Below are positions 18,323-27,909 of a DNA stretch of 43,788 nucleotides, piece by piece. The notes under the pieces were generated by a model. It was given only the letters and a program-made list of their open reading frames with translations. It was not told the DNA's origin and ran no database searches. Numbering within the stretch: position 1 is the first letter of the stretch; each line of letters opens with the position of its first letter. The stretch is from an uncultured Gammaproteobacteria bacterium (GTDB lineage: Bacteria; Pseudomonadota; Gammaproteobacteria; Pseudomonadales; Litorivicinaceae), in NCBI GenBank assembly GCA_913031455.1, contig CAJWFL010000001.1:1-43788 (forward strand), read 5' to 3'. The position numbers were made by a program, and so were the translations under genes.

Positions 18323-19764
18323 TAGCCGACTGCTCCTTCAAGTGTGATACCAAGGAGTGCTTCGGCCTCGACAGCGAACTCCATCGGAAGTTTTTGGAAG
18401 ACTTCTTTACAGAAACCATTGACGACCATGTTCAGTGCGTCTTCTTCACTCATGCCGCGAGTCCTCAGGTAGAACAATTGGTCATCACTGACTTTTGACG
18501 TCGTAGCTTCGTGTTCAAGTTGAGCGCTGGGTTCTTGAGCCTCCACATAGGGGAAGGTGTGCGCACCACACTGATCGCCGATTAACAGCGAATCGCACTG
18601 TGTAAAATTCCGTGCGTCAACAGCACCGGGAATGACTTTCACCAGTCCTCGATAAGCATTTTGACCGCGGGCAGTCGAAATACCTTTTGAAATAATTGTT
18701 GACCGCGTGCGTGGGCCAATATGGACCATTTTTGTCCCGGTATCTGCTTGTTGCTTTTTCCCAGCAACTGCTACTGAGTAAAACTCGCCAACGGAATCTG
18801 CACCCTTTAAGACACAACTTGGATATTTCCAGGTAATGGCGGAGCCTGTTTCCAATTGTGTCCAACTGATCTTGGCTCGATCACCACGGCATTCACCGCG
18901 CTTGGTGACAAAGTTATAGATTCCACCTTTGCCTTCATCGTCGCCAGCAAACCAATTCTGTACAGTTGAGTATTTGATCTCGGCATCGGTTTCAGCAACC
19001 AGTTCAACGACCGCTGCGTGTAATTGATTCTCGTCGCGTTGCGGTGCTGTGCATCCTTCAAGATATGACACATATGAACCCTCCTCAGCGACAATCAGTG
19101 TGCGTTCAAACTGCCCTGTGTTTTGCTGATTAATTCGGAAGTAGGTCGAGAGCTCCATCGGACACCGAACACCCTTCGGGATGTAAACGAACGAACCATC
19201 GGAGAATACTGCCGAGTTGAGAGCACCGTAGTAGTTGTCGTTTTGGGGAACGACCGAGCCGAGGAACTTTTTCACAAGCTCAGGGTGGGAATGAACGGCT
19301 TCTGATAACGGGCAAAACACAACGCCCGCTTCATGCAGCTTTTCTTTAAAGGTTGTTACCACGCTGACCGAATCGAAAACCGCGTCTACAGCGACGCCTG
19401 CGAGCATCTTTTGTTCTTCAAGCGGTATTCCGAGTTTATTGTATGTTTCGATCAATGCAGGGTCGACTTCGTCTAGACTTTTCGGTCCATCGCCTTGCTT
19501 TTTCGGCGCAGAGAAATAGCTGATTGCTTGGAAATCAATCCGTGGATAGTCAAGGTGCGCCCACTCAGGTGGTGTCATCTCAAGCCATTTGGCATAAGCC
19601 TCCAGCCGCCATTCCAACAACCACTCAGGCTCACCTTTGCGGGTCGAGATTTCACGAATGACATCCTCATTCAAACCCGGCGGTAGTGTGTCGGATTCAA
19701 TGTCAGTGACGAACCCATATTTATAGTCTTGGTCGACTAGTTGATCGATCTCTTGTTGACTCAT
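18322..19764 (-). CDS. sufB: Fe-S cluster assembly protein SufB
   Basis: [34 protein letters not shown]. Confidence 0.97.
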   Translation of the reverse strand: MSQQEIDQLVDQDYKYGFVTDIESDTLPPGLNEDVIREISTRKGEPEWLLEWRLEAYAKWLEMTPPEWAHLDYPRIDFQAISYFSAPKKQGDGPKSLDEVDPALIETYNKLGIPLEEQKMLAGVAVDAVFDSVSVVTTFKEKLHEAGVVFCPLSEAVHSHPELVKKFLGSVVPQNDNYYGALNSAVFSDGSFVYIPKGVRCPMELSTYFRINQQNTGQFERTLIVAEEGSYVSYLEGCTAPQRDENQLHAAVVELVAETDAEIKYSTVQNWFAGDDEGKGGIYNFVTKRGECRGDRAKISWTQLETGSAITWKYPSCVLKGADSVGEFYSVAVAGKKQQADTGTKMVHIGPRTRSTIISKGISTARGQNAYRGLVKVIPGAVDARNFTQCDSLLIGDQCGAHTFPYVEAQEPSAQLEHEATTSKVSDDQLFYLRTRGMSEEDALNMVVNGFCKEVFQKLPMEFAVEAEALLGITLEGAVG

Positions 19765-20216
19765 CAGTACACCTCCAAAGTCTCGATGCGGCGACCGGAT
19801 CGCGCATAGAGCGTGTGTGGGCTGATCAGGTCTTCTAACGTTGTTTTTGTCAGAATGTGATCCACCTGATCACCTAATTCCCGCCACCGTGACATCACTG
19901 AACAGTGGTCGGTGAGCCGGCACAGCGTTTCATCTGTTCCGCACTCAGTTATCGCCGTCGGTCCCTCGATGGCCTCAATAATGACTTTGACCGGGATTTG
20001 CGATGGTGCTCTCGCTAAGCTGTATCCGCCTCGAGCACCTTGCGTTGATGTCAGCACACCGCCTTTAACCAAGAGTTTGAGCAACTTAATGCATGTTGGT
20101 TTCGGGACGGATGACTCGTCAGACAACTGCCCTGCTGACCATAGAATATCAGGATGCCTCGCCATCTGAGCTAAAATCACTGAGGCATAGTCAGTTAGTT
20201 TTGACAGTCGTACCAT
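19764..20216 (-). CDS. Rrf2-family SUF system Fe-S cluster assembly regulator
   Basis: RLSKLTDYA and [11 protein letters not shown] motifs, three C-terminal Cys (EC...LC...HC); first gene of the suf operon. Confidence 0.92.
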   Translation of the reverse strand: MVRLSKLTDYASVILAQMARHPDILWSAGQLSDESSVPKPTCIKLLKLLVKGGVLTSTQGARGGYSLARAPSQIPVKVIIEAIEGPTAITECGTDETLCRLTDHCSVMSRWRELGDQVDHILTKTTLEDLISPHTLYARSGRRIETLEVY

Positions 20217-20246
20217 CGGCGCACTACAAATTAATTCCCGTTACGC

Positions 20247-20277
20247 ATTATATAGGACTGATTAGGTCCTATATCAA
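20247..20277 (-). promoter_or_regulatory. suf operon promoter overlapped by a 25-bp inverted-repeat operator
   Basis: ATATAGGAC-TGATTAG-GTCCTATAT (20250-20274) lies between minus-strand TTGATA (20272-20277) and TATAAT (20247-20252). Confidence 0.8.
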
Positions 20278-20281
20278 CCGT

Positions 20282-20704
20282 TTATGTGGATTTCGCGACC
20301 AATTGTGCCGCTTCTGCTTTCAGCCGTTGCAGCATCGAGGCAAGCCCATTGGCCCGTGTTGGCGATAAATGCTGAGACAAACCAATCGCTTCGACGAATT
20401 CAGGCTCTGTTTTGATGATGTCTTCCGCGGATGCATTGGAATACAGACGGACGACCAGCGCAATCAAACCCGAGACAATCGCAGCATCTGAATTCGCACG
20501 AACGGACACCTGGGATGCCTCACCGTCGACAACCATCCAAACCTGCGATTGGCAGCCCCGGACTAAGTTGGTTTGGTTTTTTTCTGATTCTTCGAGCGGT
20601 TCAAGATCTTTGCCGAGATCAATCAAATATTGATATTTGTCCATCCATGAATCAAAAAACTGAAACTCGTCAATGATTTCTTGCTGTCTTTTACTCAATT
20701 GCAT
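20282..20704 (-). CDS. sufE: Sulfur acceptor protein SufE
   Basis: VRGCQSQVW, SDAAIVSGL and HLSPTRANGL motifs. Confidence 0.94.
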   Translation of the reverse strand: MQLSKRQQEIIDEFQFFDSWMDKYQYLIDLGKDLEPLEESEKNQTNLVRGCQSQVWMVVDGEASQVSVRANSDAAIVSGLIALVVRLYSNASAEDIIKTEPEFVEAIGLSQHLSPTRANGLASMLQRLKAEAAQLVAKST

Positions 20705-20774
20705 GTGCGGTCTCACTTCAAAAGGTCACGACAGGGTATACTCCGTCGCAAATTTACGAAACTGACAGGTTGTT

Positions 20775-21638
20775 ATGTCCGACGCTTATTCAATCCAAGT
20801 CACATCTGAAACTTTTGAGACAGATGTTCTCCAAAAATCACAGGAAACCCCTGTTCTCGTCGATTTTTACGCGGAGTGGTGTGGCCCGTGTAAAACGCTG
20901 GGTCCAATGCTTGAACGACTAGCTGATGAATACGCCGGTGCCTTCATCTTAGCAAAAGTCGATGCGGATGCCGAGCAAATGCTTGTGGCAGGAATGGGTG
21001 TGCGTTCGTTACCGACTGTCGTTCTTTTTAAAAACGGCCAGCCAGCTGATCATTTTATGGGAGCGCTGCCAGAAGGGGAAATTCGTGCCATTTTAGACAA
21101 GCATGTTGAGCGAGTCGAAGCATCTCCGCTCGAACGTGCCGCTGAGCTTGTCGCATTGGGTCAATATGATGAAGCGATTGCCTTGTACCAGCTGATTACC
21201 GCCGATGATCCAGAAAACTATGATGTGTATCTTGATATGGCACAGGCACTACTTAAAAAAGGCGATCTAGATAGTGCTGAAGCAATCGTTGAGCGTCTCC
21301 CAGATACGCATCGGATGGATCCGAGAGCGAAGTCAATTGCTGCGGGTAAGGCATTTCAGGATCTATTAGCCGGCGCTCCTGATCGCGCAACTTGTGAATC
21401 TCGCATCGCGGCGAGTGACGAGGACAGTGAGGCCCGTTATTTCTTAGCTGTACACTTAATGGTTTCCGATGACGTCGAGTCAGCGATAACGCATTTATTA
21501 ACCATCATTCGGACGGATCGCCAATATAACGACGATGCCGCGCGTTTGTTATTGATTCAGATTTTTGATCGGTTGGGTAATGACGATCCGCGCGCCCGAA
21601 CAGGCCGCAGACAACTTGCGACTTTGTTAATGGTGTAA
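20775..21638 (+). CDS. cnoX: Thioredoxin-TPR chaperedoxin CnoX/YbbN
   Basis: N-terminal thioredoxin fold with WCGPC followed by TPR-like helices; 287 aa. Confidence 0.88.
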   Translation: MSDAYSIQVTSETFETDVLQKSQETPVLVDFYAEWCGPCKTLGPMLERLADEYAGAFILAKVDADAEQMLVAGMGVRSLPTVVLFKNGQPADHFMGALPEGEIRAILDKHVERVEASPLERAAELVALGQYDEAIALYQLITADDPENYDVYLDMAQALLKKGDLDSAEAIVERLPDTHRMDPRAKSIAAGKAFQDLLAGAPDRATCESRIAASDEDSEARYFLAVHLMVSDDVESAITHLLTIIRTDRQYNDDAARLLLIQIFDRLGNDDPRARTGRRQLATLLMV

Positions 21639-21640
21639 CC

Positions 21641-23287
21641 GTGAGCGAAAAGCCAACGAATTTTATTCGGACAAAGATCGCCGACCAAATTAAACAAGGT
21701 CAACTAACGGAAGTCGTCACGCGTTTTCCACCGGAGCCCAATGGGTATTTGCATGTTGGTCATGCGAAGAGTGTCTGCCTCAATTTTGGATTGGCTGAGG
21801 AGTTTGGTGGGCGTTGTTATCTGCGGTTTGATGACACCAACCCCGAGAAAGAATCTCAGGAATATATTGATGCAATTGAAGCAGATTTGCGTTGGCTTGG
21901 GTTTGAGTGGTCAGCACTCTGTCATACAGCCGACTATTTTCAGCAGCTGTTTGATTGGGCATTGCATTTAATCCGAAATGGAGATGCCTACGTCGATGAG
22001 CAGTCAGCGGAAGCAATGCGAGCCAACCGGGGAACATTGACGGAGCCTGGAATCGATAGCCCTCATCGTGATCGCTCGCCCGAAGAAAACGAAGCGCTAT
22101 TTCTTAAAATGCGTGATGGCGAGTTACCTGAAGGGGCGGCTGTTCTTCGAGCGAAGATTTCGATGTCGGCCCCGAATTTGAATCTTCGTGATCCGGCGTT
22201 ATATCGCATTCGGCATCTATCGCATCCACGGGCTGGTGATCAGTGGTGTATTTATCCCACCTATGATTATGCCCACGGTCAAAGTGATGCAATCGAAGGA
22301 ATCACGCACTCGTTATGCACGCTTGAGTTTGAGGATCATAGACCACTGTACGAGTGGCTGTTGAAAAAACTGCCAGTCCCTCATCGACCGAAACAAACTG
22401 AATTCAGTCGCCTTGAACTTGAGGGGACTGTCACCAGTAAGCGCAAGTTGAATGCTCTGGTTGAGGGCGGTTATGTATCCGGATGGGATGATCCGCGGAT
22501 GCCGACAATCGCTGGGATGCGTCGTCGAGGTTACTCTCCCGAGGGAATTCGCTTCTTCTGCGAACGCATTGGTGTGACTCGAAAGCCCAACACTATCGAA
22601 CTGCAGATTCTTGAAGGTTCGATCCGTGATGACCTCGAACGGCGTGCGCACAGAGCGATGGCTGTGTTAAATCCGCTGAAGGTCGTGGTGACGAACTGGG
22701 ATCAAGCCCCTTTGGAGCTGGACGTTCCCTGGCACCCCAAGCACTCTGAATTAGGATCTCGCACCATGCTTTTTGGTCGCGAGCTTTTGATCGATCGGTC
22801 TGATTTTGAACTTGACCCACCAGATGGGTTCTTCCGATTATTTCCAGGCGGTAGCGTTCGTTTGAAGTATGGATTCATTGTCGATTTCGTGGACGTTGTA
22901 CTTGATGCTGAAGGGCAAGTATTTGAAGTCCACGTGCGATACGATCCAGTAACCCGTTCAGGCCAGGATCAATCAGGCCGGAAGGTCAAGGGCACTATCC
23001 ATTGGGTCCATGAAGCATCCGCGAGGGAAGTCGATGTGCGTTTGTATGATCGATTGTTCACAGTACCGGATCCTGGAAACTATGAAGATCCTGCATCAGT
23101 AATGAATCCAGAATCATTGATTGAGGGCCAAGCTTTGGTTGAGCCTGCACTCGGAACACTGATGGCTGATGCCTATTTCCAATTCGAGCGTGTTGGCTTC
23201 TTTATACAAGATTCTGAGAGTTCTGATGACCGAATCGTTTATAACCGTTCTGTGACATTGAAAGACGCGTGGGCCAAGAAAAAGTAA
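21641..23287 (+). CDS. glnS: Glutamine--tRNA ligase
   Basis: TRFPPEPNGYLHVGHAK, LRFDDTNP, VTSKRKL, GWDDPRMPT, FQFER. Confidence 0.97.
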   Translation: MSEKPTNFIRTKIADQIKQGQLTEVVTRFPPEPNGYLHVGHAKSVCLNFGLAEEFGGRCYLRFDDTNPEKESQEYIDAIEADLRWLGFEWSALCHTADYFQQLFDWALHLIRNGDAYVDEQSAEAMRANRGTLTEPGIDSPHRDRSPEENEALFLKMRDGELPEGAAVLRAKISMSAPNLNLRDPALYRIRHLSHPRAGDQWCIYPTYDYAHGQSDAIEGITHSLCTLEFEDHRPLYEWLLKKLPVPHRPKQTEFSRLELEGTVTSKRKLNALVEGGYVSGWDDPRMPTIAGMRRRGYSPEGIRFFCERIGVTRKPNTIELQILEGSIRDDLERRAHRAMAVLNPLKVVVTNWDQAPLELDVPWHPKHSELGSRTMLFGRELLIDRSDFELDPPDGFFRLFPGGSVRLKYGFIVDFVDVVLDAEGQVFEVHVRYDPVTRSGQDQSGRKVKGTIHWVHEASAREVDVRLYDRLFTVPDPGNYEDPASVMNPESLIEGQALVEPALGTLMADAYFQFERVGFFIQDSESSDDRIVYNRSVTLKDAWAKKK

Positions 23288-24174
23288 CGCTGCCACCGAC
23301 GGAGATCGTCGATCCGGCTGGTCGAGAGTTTGATCGACTACCGGTTGCCCCGCAATTAGAGCGTTTGTTGGCGTCGCAGGCTCACGCCATTGAGGCTGTC
23401 CAGAAAATCACCGATCAATTGGCTGCTGCAGTCGAGGCTGCGACCGACCGTCTTCGTGCGAGTGAAGGCCGACTAGTGTATGCCGGTGCAGGCTGTTCGA
23501 TTCGGATTGGTGTCCAGGATGGTGTCGAACTGGTCCCAACATTTGGATGGCCTCTGAATCGTCTTACTTATTTGATTGCAGGGGGGGTGAAGGCGCTTGC
23601 TGAATCGGTCGAAGGTGCCGAGGATGATGCCGATGATGCGGTTGTCCAAGTCGAACAACAGCGTCTCACCGCCTCAGATGTGATCATTGGTATTACAGCT
23701 TCGGGGAATACGCCATTCACCTGTCAAGTTCTTGCAGCAGCCAAAGAGCAAGGTGCTTTGACCGTCGGCGTCAGTTCAAATCCGGCCGGTCGACTGGTGG
23801 CGATCGCGGAGCATGGTCTGGTCACTGAAACCGGTGCTGAAGTTCTTGCAGGTTCCACTCGGTTGGGTGCTGGTACGGCGCAAAAAGCATTACTGAATGC
23901 ATTTTCCACAGCGCTCATGACCCAGCTTGGGCGTGTGCTTGGTAATGAGATGCTCTGTGTGCAGGCAACGAATGCGAAACTGAAAGACCGCCAGGCGCGA
24001 ATCTTGGCAGGCCAAATCGAGGGGTTTGACGAGTCACGTGCATATCAGTTGTTGCGTGAACTGAATTGGGATTTACGGGCAGGCTTATTAGTTGCGTCGG
24101 GGTGGGATCGACAGGATGCTCAAGAAGGTCTCACGGATGAGCGTCCTTTTCGTGAGCTGCTACGCTCCGGCTGA
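23269..24174 (+). CDS. murQ: N-acetylmuramic acid 6-phosphate etherase (SIS domain); start uncertain
   Basis: EGAEDD, GITASGNTP, GAEVLAGSTRLGAGTAQK and ATNAKLKDR motifs. Confidence 0.85.
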   Translation: MGQEKVTLPPTEIVDPAGREFDRLPVAPQLERLLASQAHAIEAVQKITDQLAAAVEAATDRLRASEGRLVYAGAGCSIRIGVQDGVELVPTFGWPLNRLTYLIAGGVKALAESVEGAEDDADDAVVQVEQQRLTASDVIIGITASGNTPFTCQVLAAAKEQGALTVGVSSNPAGRLVAIAEHGLVTETGAEVLAGSTRLGAGTAQKALLNAFSTALMTQLGRVLGNEMLCVQATNAKLKDRQARILAGQIEGFDESRAYQLLRELNWDLRAGLLVASGWDRQDAQEGLTDERPFRELLRSG

Positions 24175-25896
24175 TTGGGTGTTACCGTTAGTCTCGCATG
24201 CCGGGTCGAGTGTACACATCGCCTCATAATGTGAGAGGAAAATCTGCCCTGTCAGGTGTGCTTTGAAACCGACTCGGTTCAGGCGATCCATCACAGGCCC
24301 TTTGACCTCTGATAAGTGAAATTTGATGTTCTGAGAATGCAGTCTTTCATTAATCGATTCGAGCACTTCAAGACCTGACGCATCAATTTCGTTGATAGCG
24401 TGACAGAGCAACACCAAATCGGTCAGGTGTTCGTTTTTGCTGAGTAACTCATTGATGGCATCTTCGAAGATATGGCCGTTTAAAAAATACAGCATTTCAT
24501 CCAAGCGGATGGCTAGAATCTTTTCACTTTTCAGGACGTCATGGCGGCTCACATTTCGAAAATGCTGGGTGCCAGGGATCTGACCGATGACAGCGAAGTG
24601 TGGACGCGCAATTTTCGCTAACAAAAAGCAAATGGAAACGACAATTCCGGCCACGATTCCGGCTTCGATTCCGATCCCGAGGACCACGGCGATCGTTGTT
24701 AACATCGCCCAAAAATCGGGTTTAGAAAAGACCCAAATGCGATGGATCGCTTTCAAATCCACAAGAGACAGGACTGCCACAATGACTGTCGCAGCCAACA
24801 CAGCTTTGGGAAGATATTCAAACAGGGGAGTCAAGAATAAGGCAGTCATGGTAATCATGATTGCAGTGATGACACCAGCAAATGGTGTTTTTGCACCGGC
24901 CTCAAAGTTCACGACTGAGCGGCTAAACCCACCAGTGACGGGGAATCCTCCCCCAAAACCACTGGCAATATTTGCTGCTCCCAATCCGATCAACTCTTGG
25001 TTCGGCTGGATTCTTTCGCGGCGGCGGGCAGCGAGCGTATGGCCAACGCTGACTGTCTCAACGAAGCCAACGATCGAAATCAGAAATGCTGCAGGAAGGA
25101 GTTCTTTGGTAAGGGTTAAATCAAGCTCTGGCAATGAAGGTACCGGCAGTCCAACAGGGATCACGCCAACGATTGAGACACCAGCGTGATGGAGCGCAAA
25201 AAAGCTGACAATTGTCGTTGAAACAATCACGGCCATTACCGGTCCAGCTTTAGCCACAGTCCCGGCAACGGCGGCGGTCATTCCGATTTTTATCAATCGA
25301 GGTTTGAGCCCACTGCGGACCCAAAACAGAAAGATTATCGAGGAAACACCGATGATTAACGTCGGTAAATTGGTTTCATTCAAATATGTTGTTAGGTTAA
25401 GCAGAATGGATGGCATATCGTGACCGTACACTGGGATGCCCAAGATATGCTTGAATTGACTGACTGCGATCAAGATCGCTGAAGCACTGATAAAGCCCGA
25501 GATCACCGGGTGCGAGAGAAGATTGACAAGAAATCCTGCGCGAGCAAATCCGAGTCCCATGAGAATCGCGCCTGATAGCAGGCTCAACAAAATTGCTGCA
25601 CCCAGGTATTCCGGTGAGCCTGGTGTAGCGATTGGACCAATTGCTGCCGCGGTCATCAATGAAATGACAGCGACAGGTCCAACAGCAAGGGTCATGCTTG
25701 AGCCGAGGAGTGCGTAAGCGAATAAAGGCAGGATTGACGCATACAGACCAACTTCTGGTGGTAATCCAGCAAGCATGGCGTATGCGAGTGACTGAGGAAT
25801 CAGCATGATGGTGACGATGACAGCTGCAATTACATCGTCACTCAGTTTCGAGCGATTGTAGGCCTTAGCCCACTGAAATAGTGGTGGTCTTAGCAC
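24160..25896 (-). CDS. SulP-family anion transporter with STAS domain
   Basis: LIPQSLAYAMLAGLP..GLY, GPVA, VTGGFSRS and IDASG motifs. Confidence 0.95.
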   Translation of the reverse strand: MLRPPLFQWAKAYNRSKLSDDVIAAVIVTIMLIPQSLAYAMLAGLPPEVGLYASILPLFAYALLGSSMTLAVGPVAVISLMTAAAIGPIATPGSPEYLGAAILLSLLSGAILMGLGFARAGFLVNLLSHPVISGFISASAILIAVSQFKHILGIPVYGHDMPSILLNLTTYLNETNLPTLIIGVSSIIFLFWVRSGLKPRLIKIGMTAAVAGTVAKAGPVMAVIVSTTIVSFFALHHAGVSIVGVIPVGLPVPSLPELDLTLTKELLPAAFLISIVGFVETVSVGHTLAARRRERIQPNQELIGLGAANIASGFGGGFPVTGGFSRSVVNFEAGAKTPFAGVITAIMITMTALFLTPLFEYLPKAVLAATVIVAVLSLVDLKAIHRIWVFSKPDFWAMLTTIAVVLGIGIEAGIVAGIVVSICFLLAKIARPHFAVIGQIPGTQHFRNVSRHDVLKSEKILAIRLDEMLYFLNGHIFEDAINELLSKNEHLTDLVLLCHAINEIDASGLEVLESINERLHSQNIKFHLSEVKGPVMDRLNRVGFKAHLTGQIFLSHYEAMCTLDPACETNGNTQSAGA

Positions 25897-26103
25897 GCTC
25901 GGATGTCACGAGTCATCCTCGTCCTTTGAGTATGAGGTTGAAGTCCATTGAATTGGCGTTTCTGACAATGAAAGCGTGCAATTCAGACCGAGGCGCGGTC
26001 GGATATATCGTGTTACTTGGTCGCATGAGTCTCGCGCCATATCCATAATTCCCTTACTGCACTCGATCTTTTCAGTCGTGCCGACGGTCGGTCTACAGAT
26101 CGC

Positions 26104-26514
26104 CTATGACAATCGATGAGCGATGTCGACGACGGTCAAGCCCGTTTTGTCCACTGTCTCGATGAGCGTATTGACATCTTGTTTTCCGGCTTCAGACAGC
26201 GCCCATAACTTGGCACAACGCGCTCCGGAACGGCAATAAGTCAAAACAGGCCTTGGTACTTCAGACAGCAGTGCAGCATGTTGTGCAACATCAGTGTCTG
26301 TCATGTTTGCACCATTGACTGGCAGATAACGGAACTCGAGGCCAAGCGCGTTCGCTTTCTGTGCCATTGAATCGGCGTCTGCATGCGGTTCACCCTCTTC
26401 ATCAGGGCGGTTACAAATCACGGCGTTAAAACCAGCTTCTTTCACCGCTTCCAAATCATCCACGGTGAGTTGGTCAGCGACAGACAGTTCAGTTGTCAGT
26501 TGACGAATAATCAT
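26104..26514 (-). CDS. TIGR01244/DUF442 sulfurtransferase (Blh N-terminal-like)
   Basis: VICNRPDEE and PVLTYCRSGAR motifs; SD GGAGG upstream. Confidence 0.88.
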   Translation of the reverse strand: MIIRQLTTELSVADQLTVDDLEAVKEAGFNAVICNRPDEEGEPHADADSMAQKANALGLEFRYLPVNGANMTDTDVAQHAALLSEVPRPVLTYCRSGARCAKLWALSEAGKQDVNTLIETVDKTGLTVVDIAHRLS

Positions 26515-26523
26515 AGTGCCTCC

Positions 26524-27384
26524 TTAGACGACATCGAGCGGGATTTTCAAATAGCGTACGCCATTCTCTTCAGCAGGCGGTAATTCTCCAGCTCGCATAT
26601 TGACCTGCACCGATGGCAGGATCAGTGAAGGCATACTCAGTGATTGATCTTTCGCTCTGCGCATTGCGACAAATTCATCTTCTGAAATGCCATCATGGAC
26701 GTGAAAATTGAAAGCTTTTTGCTTGCCAACAGTTGTTTCGTACCGCATCTCACGACCATTGGGCATGTAGTCATGGCACATGAACATTCGTGTCTCCGGT
26801 GGGAGTGCCAACAGTTTTTGGATGCTCTGATAAAGAACACGCGCATCGCCGCCTGGAAAATCACAACGCGCCGTTCCAGAATCCGGCATAAACATCGTAT
26901 CACCAACAAAAAGTGCATCACCGATGTGGTAGGTCACACAAGCCGGAGTATGCCCTGGAGTATGTATTGCTTTCGCTGTGAGTCCGCCGATCGAGAAGGA
27001 ATCGCCGTCGACGAATAAATGATCAAACTGGGACCCATCACGACAGAATTCAGGCTCGACATTGAATAGAGTGCCAAAAATTTGTTGCACATCGGTGATG
27101 TGGGCACCAATACCGATCTTACCTCCGAGATGTTTGTGTAAATAAGGAGCAGCTGAAAAATGGTCAGCATGAACATGGGTTTCTAGGATCCATTCGACTG
27201 TTAGGTTTTCGTCCTTAACCATCGAGATGACGTGTTGCGCGCCATCTGTTTTTGTTCGGCCGCTTGCCCCCTCATAGTCAAGCACTGGATCGATAATCGC
27301 ACAAGTAGACGAATTAGGGTCCTTGACGAGATAGGTCAACGTCCAGGTTTCGTGATCAAAGAATGCTCGGACATCAGGTGCCAC
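26524..27384 (-). CDS. Persulfide dioxygenase-like MBL-fold hydrolase (ETHE1/Blh type)
   Basis: LETHVHADH, TPGHTPAC, GTARCDFPGG, MCHDY. GTG start at 27384 with an AAGGAG SD (the ORF-track N-terminal extension is unlikely). Confidence 0.9.
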   Translation of the reverse strand: MAPDVRAFFDHETWTLTYLVKDPNSSTCAIIDPVLDYEGASGRTKTDGAQHVISMVKDENLTVEWILETHVHADHFSAAPYLHKHLGGKIGIGAHITDVQQIFGTLFNVEPEFCRDGSQFDHLFVDGDSFSIGGLTAKAIHTPGHTPACVTYHIGDALFVGDTMFMPDSGTARCDFPGGDARVLYQSIQKLLALPPETRMFMCHDYMPNGREMRYETTVGKQKAFNFHVHDGISEDEFVAMRRAKDQSLSMPSLILPSVQVNMRAGELPPAEENGVRYLKIPLDVV

Positions 27385-27482
27385 GGTGGTCTCCTTTGCG
27401 GTAAAACGTTTGGTTATAAGGTTATACCACTTGCTCTGATGTTTCGATAGTATGAGTAATATCGTGACCTTGAGGTAAATCA

Positions 27483-27909
27483 ATGATGACTGAATCTACT
27501 CCGATGCTGTTTGTGTCAGGAGGCATACTGATCGGGTTGTCTGCTGCAGCGGTGTTTATTTTTTTGGACGGATTCTCGGGATATCGGGAATTGTTGCCCG
27601 CACGCTAAATTTTTTTTCCAAGACTCGTGGCGGGCTTTCTTTTAAATCAGTTTGGTGGGATCGTCTGTGGTGCTCTCGATGGTGTCGCCATCGCCGCATG
27701 GATTTGAACCCATGGGTCTGATTCCGATGATAATTAGCGGCTGTTTGGTGGGCTACGGCACACGCGTTGGTTCAGGGTGTACCAGTGGCCATGGCATTTG
27801 CGGTATTTCAAGAATTTCAAAATGCTCGATCGTGGCGACCTGTAGTTTTATGGCGGCAGCAGTGATCACCGTCTTTGTTGTTCGTCATGTATTGGAAGGT
27901 GCGCTATGA
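27483..27909 (+). pseudogene. Disrupted YeeE/YedE-family sulfur transporter subunit
   Basis: GGILIGLSAA, GRILGISGI and DSWRAFF...GSGCTSGHGICG lie in three different frames. The shifts map near T7 (27559-27565) and T8 (27610-27617), and there is an in-frame TAA at 27643-27645. Confidence 0.8.

Noticed and set aside
24587-25189. 200-aa plus-strand ORF
   Set aside because: Antisense shadow of sulP with no recognisable motifs.
27385-27483. N-terminal extension of the MBL hydrolase given in the ORF track
   Set aside because: The extension spans the divergent promoter gap. GTG 27384 has a clear AAGGAG SD and matches the family N-terminus.
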